Source of the DNA: the human T2T-CHM13v2.0 reference genome, Homo sapiens
Strand: one strand, 5' to 3'
DNA length: 64,000 nucleotides
Assembly (NCBI RefSeq): GCF_009914755.1
Contig: NC_060930.1
The number at the start of each line of letters is the position of its first letter. Position 1 is the first letter of the stretch. The notes beneath the pieces are model-generated. The model was not told the origin of the DNA. It searched no databases and was given only the letters and a program-made list of their open reading frames with translations. The translations under genes were made by a program, and so were the position numbers. This document shows positions 55,278 through 64,000 of this stretch, piece after piece.

Positions 55278-55477
55278 ACTGTGCAATATGATAGCCACTG
55301 GTCACACGAGGCTATTTCAATTTAAATTACTTACAGTAAATAAAATTTAAGTCTATTTCCTCGTACACACTAGCACTCTTTCAAGTGATCAATAGCCATA
55401 TGCAGCTAATGGCTGCCATGCTGGACAGTGTAGGTATCAAACATTTCATCATCATGAAAACTTGTACTGGACATTGC
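55278..55477. mobile_element. MER3-like hAT MITE
   Basis: ctgtgcaatatgatagccact...ggctgccatgctggacagtg. Confidence 0.75.
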
Positions 55478-55569
55478 AGGTTTACATCCTCTAGTATCAT
55501 TCTCCCATCTGTTCTTTTCTCCACAGCCAAACACTTCTTTAAACAACAATTTACACTCACTGTCAAATT

Positions 55570-55888
55570 TCTCTTTTTTTCTTTCTTCTTTTTAGGCAAG
55601 GTCTTGCTCTGTCACCTAGGCGAAAGTGCAGTGGTGCAATCACAGCTCATTGCTGCCTTGACCTACTGGGCTCAAGTGATCCTCCCACCTCAGCACCCCT
55701 CTCCCCTCCTCCGAATAGCTGGAACTAAAGGTATATGCCACTATGCCTGGCTAATTTTTTAATTTTTTTCTAGAGACAGAGTCTCACTATGTTGCCCAGG
55801 CTGGTCTCAAATTCCAGGGCTCAACTGATCCTCCCGCCTGGGCCTCTTAAAGTGCTGGGATTACAGGTATGAGCCACCATACCTGGCC
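55570..55888 (-). mobile_element. AluJ
   Basis: diverged reverse Alu, tcaaatt flanks. Confidence 0.9.
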
Positions 55889-57594
55889 TCTCAAATTCTT
55901 TACTTTTAAATTTCTTCATCCTTCACCTACTCCCTGATCCCCAATCTAGCCAACAGCTTACAAACGTGTCCAACTTGGCAAAATAAAAATTAAGTTCCAT
56001 CTCCGCTCCCTAGCATACCTCAAACTGCTGCTCTTCCTCCAAGGTCCCTGTGTAAAAGTCTCCATCAAGCTCCCCAGCTACCCAACCCTGAAACCTAGGA
56101 CTTTTCCTCAACTCTCCCCTCGCTGTCATAGCTAACAGGTGGCAGTCACAAAGTGACTGCAGACATTACCTACACAGAATCTCTGTCCTTTCCTCTTCAC
56201 TCCTAGTACCACTGCCCTGGTTTTCATCACCTCTAGACTAGACTACCGCAACTGTCTCCTGACCTTCCTGCCTCTGGTCTCAGTCCCCTATCATCTCGCT
56301 CCACACCATCAACAGGTTCTTTCTGATATGCAAATCTGACCACGTTACTTCCTACTTAAAATCTAGATTCCTCAGCATGAGATACAAGATCCAAAGAATG
56401 ATATTTGCTTATTTTTCCAGCTGCTTTCCCATAAACTCCATTAGCACTCCCCACAAAGTCATCCCAAATTAACCCATGATCTAAGTTAAAACAGTGTGCT
56501 CATGAGAAAACACGAGTCCCTACCTCCCCCTGCCAGCTTGCCTACCCCTCACAGGTCTTTCCTATTCAGAGAGGCTGGAACTGCCACATCCTCCAGCCCT
56601 CCGGACAAACTTTAAACTCCGCACCCACATCATGATCATTCATGCTGGAACGATTACTTTTCTTCTGTGCAAAATGTCCCTTCCCTGCCCACATCCAGAA
56701 TACTGGCCGTAATTCTCAATAGCTATAATAGAATGTCAACACTAAACTGCTCATATGATTTCCAAAATTTATAGATCTGCTTTAATATACCAATATAAAA
56801 TATTCATACCACAGGCCCTTGTCAGGTAGTAAAACTTGCAAGTGTCTCTCCTATCTAGTCCCTAATAAATGTCCAGCTGGTATTTAGGACAGGGTGTATT
56901 AAGCTCTATCACTGAATTAGATTACTGGAAAGCTATATACTTGAAAATATCAACCTGACCAAAGGTTAATCTGTTTTCTGTCCCAACATATCTGAGGAAT
57001 AGGACATATCCCTGCTGGAAGCACAGCCCATAACATCCTTCAACATCCTATATGTAAATTAAACAGTAATGGCACTATTTTTTAACTGGAAAGGAAGGAA
57101 TCATGGCATACCCAATGAATGTGCATTTCTATGTGTGTGTGCATATGCGCACACGCACGCACGTGTGTTTACGAACAATGGAGGAAGAAGAGAGATAAAT
57201 AAGATTCCTAATTGAAAATCTGTCTCCCAGGTGATTCTAACACAAAGGAAGAAGTCTCTTTTGAGCAGCACTGGCACAGACCATCACAGAATCACCATCA
57301 ATAAGTTAGCTCATGCCCTTAAATTTGTTGACAATATAATAGAAATGACAACTGTGAAACTCATCCTAGGAACTCAGCTTACAATGTCCTTCAACACACT
57401 ATGTTTAAAGTCTTGCAAGGTGACTTTCAGAATTTGAGAACATGAAAAATTCCTCTGAGGCAACATGGTATTCTTCTACTTCCAGTTGTGATAGCTATGA
57501 AAAACTGTGCCCATTTTTACCTTGACTGACAGAAGGTTTACAACTGTTGGCATTTTCCTTAAAATCTAAAATGTATTTTTTCCTTCTCAGTTTT

Positions 57595-57790
57595 TTGCCT
57601 GAATTTGAATCTTATCACCAACATTTATTGGCTAGGTGACCTTGGGTGACTTCTTTAACTTCCTCTATGCCTCAAATTTCTGCATCTATAAGTGTAGTTA
57701 ATAGTACCTACCTTTTAGGGTTATTCTGAGAACTACATGAGACAACACAGGGAAGGTGCCTGCTGCCTAGTGAGAATACCAGAATGATCA
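57595..57790 (+). mobile_element. MIR SINE
   Basis: gtgaccttgggtgac...cctcaaatttctgcatctataa. Confidence 0.65.
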
Positions 57791-58896
57791 GCTGTTAACA
57801 GCCATTTATATTTTATTTGGAATATTTGCAAGGTAAAAGCCACCTCTGATTTTTTTAAAAACAAGTAAGTTACAAAGAAGTACTCCTGGTTACAAGCCTC
57901 CATATGAATATGATATTCACATCAGGAAATAAAGCTACCCCATGCACCCTGCACTGCTAAGACAGATTATACCTAGAGTGGAGTATTTGTTCCATGCAAG
58001 CTGTCATTCTTTAAGACACCTCCAAAACTAAATTCATTTATTTACTTGCTCTTTCCGTAAGTTATTGAACCTAAAACTCAATATGTCAGAAACTACACTC
58101 ATGATATCCCCTACCAACCCCCCAGTCGAGTCCTCCTACCCTTCTTACTGAACAACTCCAACCATCCAGAAACCCAGGCCTTAATTCTTGGTATCTGTCA
58201 TCCTTCATGTTCAATCATTCATCAGATTGAGTCAGCCTCCTTCCTCATTCTCTCTTCAATCATTCGCTTTTCTACTTCCACTGCCAAAACCTTACTCAAG
58301 GCTACTTTTGTGCTTTGGGTGTACAGCCCTACTCAAGTCCCCTCTCATCCCATGCCACCCATCAACCAAAGTGACCTTTTTAAAGACAAAACTGGTCATC
58401 TCATATCCTTGCTTCAGCTTATCAATGGTTTGCCATTTTTCTTAGCAAAAAGGAAATGTCCCAAGCCTTAACATATAGCCTTAAGTGGCCCTGCATGATC
58501 TGAGCCTTGTTAACACCCAGTCTTTCCCCTAGCCTAATCTCATTCTCCCCTTACTAACCCACACCAGGCTTCTTTCCAGTTTTTAAGCAGACAGCTGCTC
58601 CAGTCTCAGGGCCTCGTGTATGTGCTTCCCATGTCCCATCACCCAGCCAAAGTCCACTCACACATGAGGTTTCTGCTTAAGGATCACTTCCTCCTAAGCA
58701 GAGTCCTCCTGTTAGCATCCTGACTTTTTCCTGCAGAGTAGTAATCAAAATTCACTAACTGCAGAATTAGCTTTTCCACTCTGCCTTCTCAACTAAAACA
58801 TAAGCAGGGGCATCTCTGAGGGCAGAGTCACGTCCTCACCGTTTACGGTTAGAGCCTCAGCAGCGAGCACGCTGGTTTGTACACAGGTAGTGGGAT

Positions 58897-59930
<1,034 letters not shown>

Positions 59931-60206
59931 CACACACGTAATAAATAGCAGTTAATGTCTACATATACGGAGGCTATACAGATAAGTAAGTCATGGCCTC
60001 TACCCTCGAGGAATTCATAGAATAATGGGGAGAAAGAGTAACAAACAAGGTGTGTACTAAACGTGTAGATGACAGACAGAGGGAATTGCCAACTCCTACA
60101 TCCAGTAGGCAATTAAGAATATGAGTCTGAGATTCAGTGAAAGCTGAATTGACATAAATTGAGAGTTGTCAAAATAAAAAAACAGTATATCCTACTATCT
60201 AAATAA

Positions 60207-60568
<362 letters not shown>

Positions 60569-61684
60569 CAGATTTCTTAATGTAGTATATCCTATGCCTA
60601 CTAAGAGAACATGTTATTCTACATATTGTACAACATACTGAATTGTCCCTCTACTTTACAAAGATTATATTATATGCTCCTATGAATCTACCAGTATGTG
60701 ATCTCAAAAAAAGTAGGTAATCCTAGCCAAATTCCCACCACTTTCTCTTTTGCAGCTTTTAGGACAAACAGAAGAGCACATAATTGGAAACATTATCAAG
60801 ACCACCTTATAATTTACAGTCTAAAAAACCTAGTTTATTCAGTCAAATGTGCTATTACGTCTGAAAACAGTACTCTAAACAGAGTTCTATTAAGAATACT
60901 CATGTAGTATTCAGCAGGCAGGCATGTAATTTAACTGTCTTTAGTCTAAACAAAGAATTAAACCACAAATTAGATATCAAGTATTTAAAGCTAAGCAAGT
61001 TGAGAAAACTTAAAGTATATATAATTATCACTCTTATTATCTTATATTTCATTAGTAGGACATGTAAATACTAACAACGATAGCAATGTAGGCAAATAAA
61101 ATTCACACTTCTGTTCTTCTATTGATTGCTCTGTTCTGCTGACTGTGATTTGAATGTTAGATCATGGAGAGTAATCCCTTTCACTGTGACCAAGTGTTCT
61201 TGGTATCCTCAGACAGAATCGTTCCAATGTGCCGCCTTCCCTGCCTTTCAGGTATGCTTTAATACCTAGCATACAGGTGACTGCACAATATGAGCAGATG
61301 TGACCAGCTTCTTTACTTATTTAGTACCGAAAGGCCAGACTGAGTGATTGAGAGCCAAAAGTGATTAAAATAATACCATTTATTCTGTGTTCTCTTTATG
61401 CCAGAACATCACTTTTCCACTGATGACATTCTATTCTGTCTGCTCATGATGTAAGTGCAAAGCATGTACACATATGCATGCACACACACAAATACACATA
61501 CACCAAAAAGCTACAGGTGGTTTCTCTCTACACAAGATAGTTTTTCAGTATTTACCAAATTTCACAGTGAAGTCATAATAAACACCTAAGTTATTTTAAA
61601 GCTAAATTTTAAACTGAGATAAACTGGTTAATAAAAAAATACAATATGTTCTAAAAAGATAAAAATAAACTTGAAATCACTTAC

Positions 61685-61789
61685 TTTCTGCTCAGGGCTT
61701 TCCTGAAACAAAAGTCCAAAGTAGTCTTTCTCCAAGAGATTGAGGTGTTCACACACTTTGTCAAATAACACTTGTCCCTTGGCATGTTT
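61685..61789 (-). CDS. EPB41L2: EPB41L2 coding exon (~exon 4), FERM N-lobe [35 protein letters not shown]
   Basis: 105 nt, ccag acceptor / gtaagt donor, phase 0-0; translation matches protein 4.1G FERM as recalled. Confidence 0.97.
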
Positions 61790-62890
61790 CTGGAGAAAAA
61801 ATAATAACTTTACTTTTCAAGTACTAAAGATTCCAAGACTGCTATAAATTTAAGACATCATATCAGATACATGATTTATTATAAATTAACATTAAATATT
61901 TGTTTTCTCATTTTCTAACAATATAAAAGTGATTAATTTTTTAACTTTAGCCCTCCCACCCTGCACACATATACAAAGCATAAAATCTGAAACAAAAGCA
62001 TAAGCAAGCACCGTCTGCTTTACTGCTACTCAATATAGACATAAAAAGGACGAAAAAGGCAAAATGTTAGCTGTTCATTTTCTTATTTCAAAAATGTTCA
62101 AACTGCTTCCATCAATTCCTCAAGGTGGCTCATATCTATAAAGTACACTACTCCCCAGGAAAATCATTTAGCCCTATTATTCAGTAGATCCTAACATAAT
62201 TTATCCTATCAACACTTTGGTTTCATGTTTGATTTTTTGTTCCATGATATCTGTAGAATAGAATTTTATTTTCTATATAAGCTATGCTCCTATTTACAAT
62301 TTCCTAGAAAATGATATGGTGTTCGCTCCTTGGGATAAATTCTAAAAATACAAGATAATGGAAGTGGGACAAGAAATCAACTGCCCCTAAGGACTTAACA
62401 TATTTTTACCTTGAATATATATATATAAATTTAAGAAGCTGCTGTGAACAGAGATGTAAGAGCCTTTGACAGCCATAGAAGAAAAGCTCATTGTCTCTTC
62501 AATGGCAAAACATAAGCAGAGTGGTGACTCATCTCCAATTAAGATGCACACCCCTGGAACAACCCAACTGTGAGGTCAGGTCAGACACACGCCTCCTCCC
62601 CAGGTGCACTGATAAAAGCCACCAATGGACTGCTAGTGAAAAAGAAAAAGCCATCAGACTTTTCCATCCTCAAAACGAATGCCCTCTCACTATCAAAATG
62701 TGTACTAGCTCATCCAGTGTGTGAAAATTAATGTTCCCCACACATGTATCTTGAGGAGGAGAATCTGGTATTTTTATTATTAAGCCTCTTATGGTAACAT
62801 TTCTGAAAAGAATAGAATTGCATCAAATTGTAAAGGGAAGAAGGAGAATGCCACACAGATAACATTATTTCAACATAATAAGCAGTGTAA

Positions 62891-63210
<320 letters not shown>

Positions 63211-63329
63211 ACAATGTGTCACATACATATTACAGGTTTGCAATGAGGATTTAATAGTCAATTAAATTACTGAGCATGTTTAAGATAGATATGTGCTTGT
63301 TTGTCTACATATTAAAAGTATATACAAAT

Positions 63330-63530
63330 ACAGCATAGAGAATAAGAGTATTGGGCTCTGTATGTCAAACACCAAAGTTCTAAATACACTTCCACTACTT
63401 ACAAGCTATGTGACCCATGGCAAGACACTTAACGTCTGCTTGCCTTAATCTGCTCATCTGTGAAATGGGGATAACAGATAGCAGATACCACAGGAGGTGC
63501 GGTGAGTACTAAAAGAGTTGCAGTACATAA
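63330..63530 (+). mobile_element. MIR SINE
   Basis: ccactacttacaagctatgtgacc...catctgtgaaatgggga. Confidence 0.7.
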
Positions 63531-64000
63531 CAATTGGTTATGATGCTATTTGAAATTAGGGTAAAAAGGATATTTAAGACAACTGATGTCTACAAAAATA
63601 CACCTCAGTTCAAGGAGAAAACACGTTCCAATTCCAACACTAGCTTCAAGTCAACTCTTACTAATAATTCACATGTTCTCATTGGTTTCCATTTCAAAAA
63701 TAGGAACATGCCCTCATGGGCAGAATTTCCTTACAAGATTAAGAGGAAAAAACATCCACACAGCTCACCACTACAATTTGGCAGTACATGAGGTATCAGC
63801 ATGATGGCTGGACCAGTTCCTCTATCGGACCTAGTTCCTCTATCATTCAACATTTTGTAAGCATTTACTATTACTGCACCGCACCAGTGTGACAAAGTAA
63901 AACCACTTAAGTCTCCCTGTCTGTAAAATGAGGGTAATAGCTACCTCAGAGCTCACGTGAGAATAAAATTAACCCAGTGAGATGGAATATGCCTCAACCA

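Overview
Primate (human-like) genomic DNA, AT-rich and mostly intronic. It carries the middle of EPB41L2 (protein 4.1G) on the minus strand. I mapped 14 canonical coding exons by GT-AG boundaries and continuous phase. They run from 61789 (FERM N-lobe, KHAKGQ...) through FERM, FERM-adjacent, U2, spectrin-actin-binding (SAB) and U3, to the start of the CTD (591, ...TTTHITK). The gene starts and ends outside the window. The introns hold Alus (including a consensus-like AluYa5 with a 26-bp TSD), a 5'-truncated L1PA with a probable 3' transduction, LTRs and DNA-transposon fossils. The most interesting signal is a set of non-canonical phase-0/0 exon candidates between 4.2 and 18.3 kb. The main one is a 642-nt in-frame exon (17593-18234) encoding an acidic region plus a 56-residue uncharged hydrophobic hairpin. 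It resembles the hydrophobic U2 segment I recall from paralog 4.1B (EPB41L3), which implies a membrane-embedded 4.1G isoform under RBFOX/QKI-type splicing control. Exon numbers, repeat subfamily names and paralog sequences are from memory, not from database searches.
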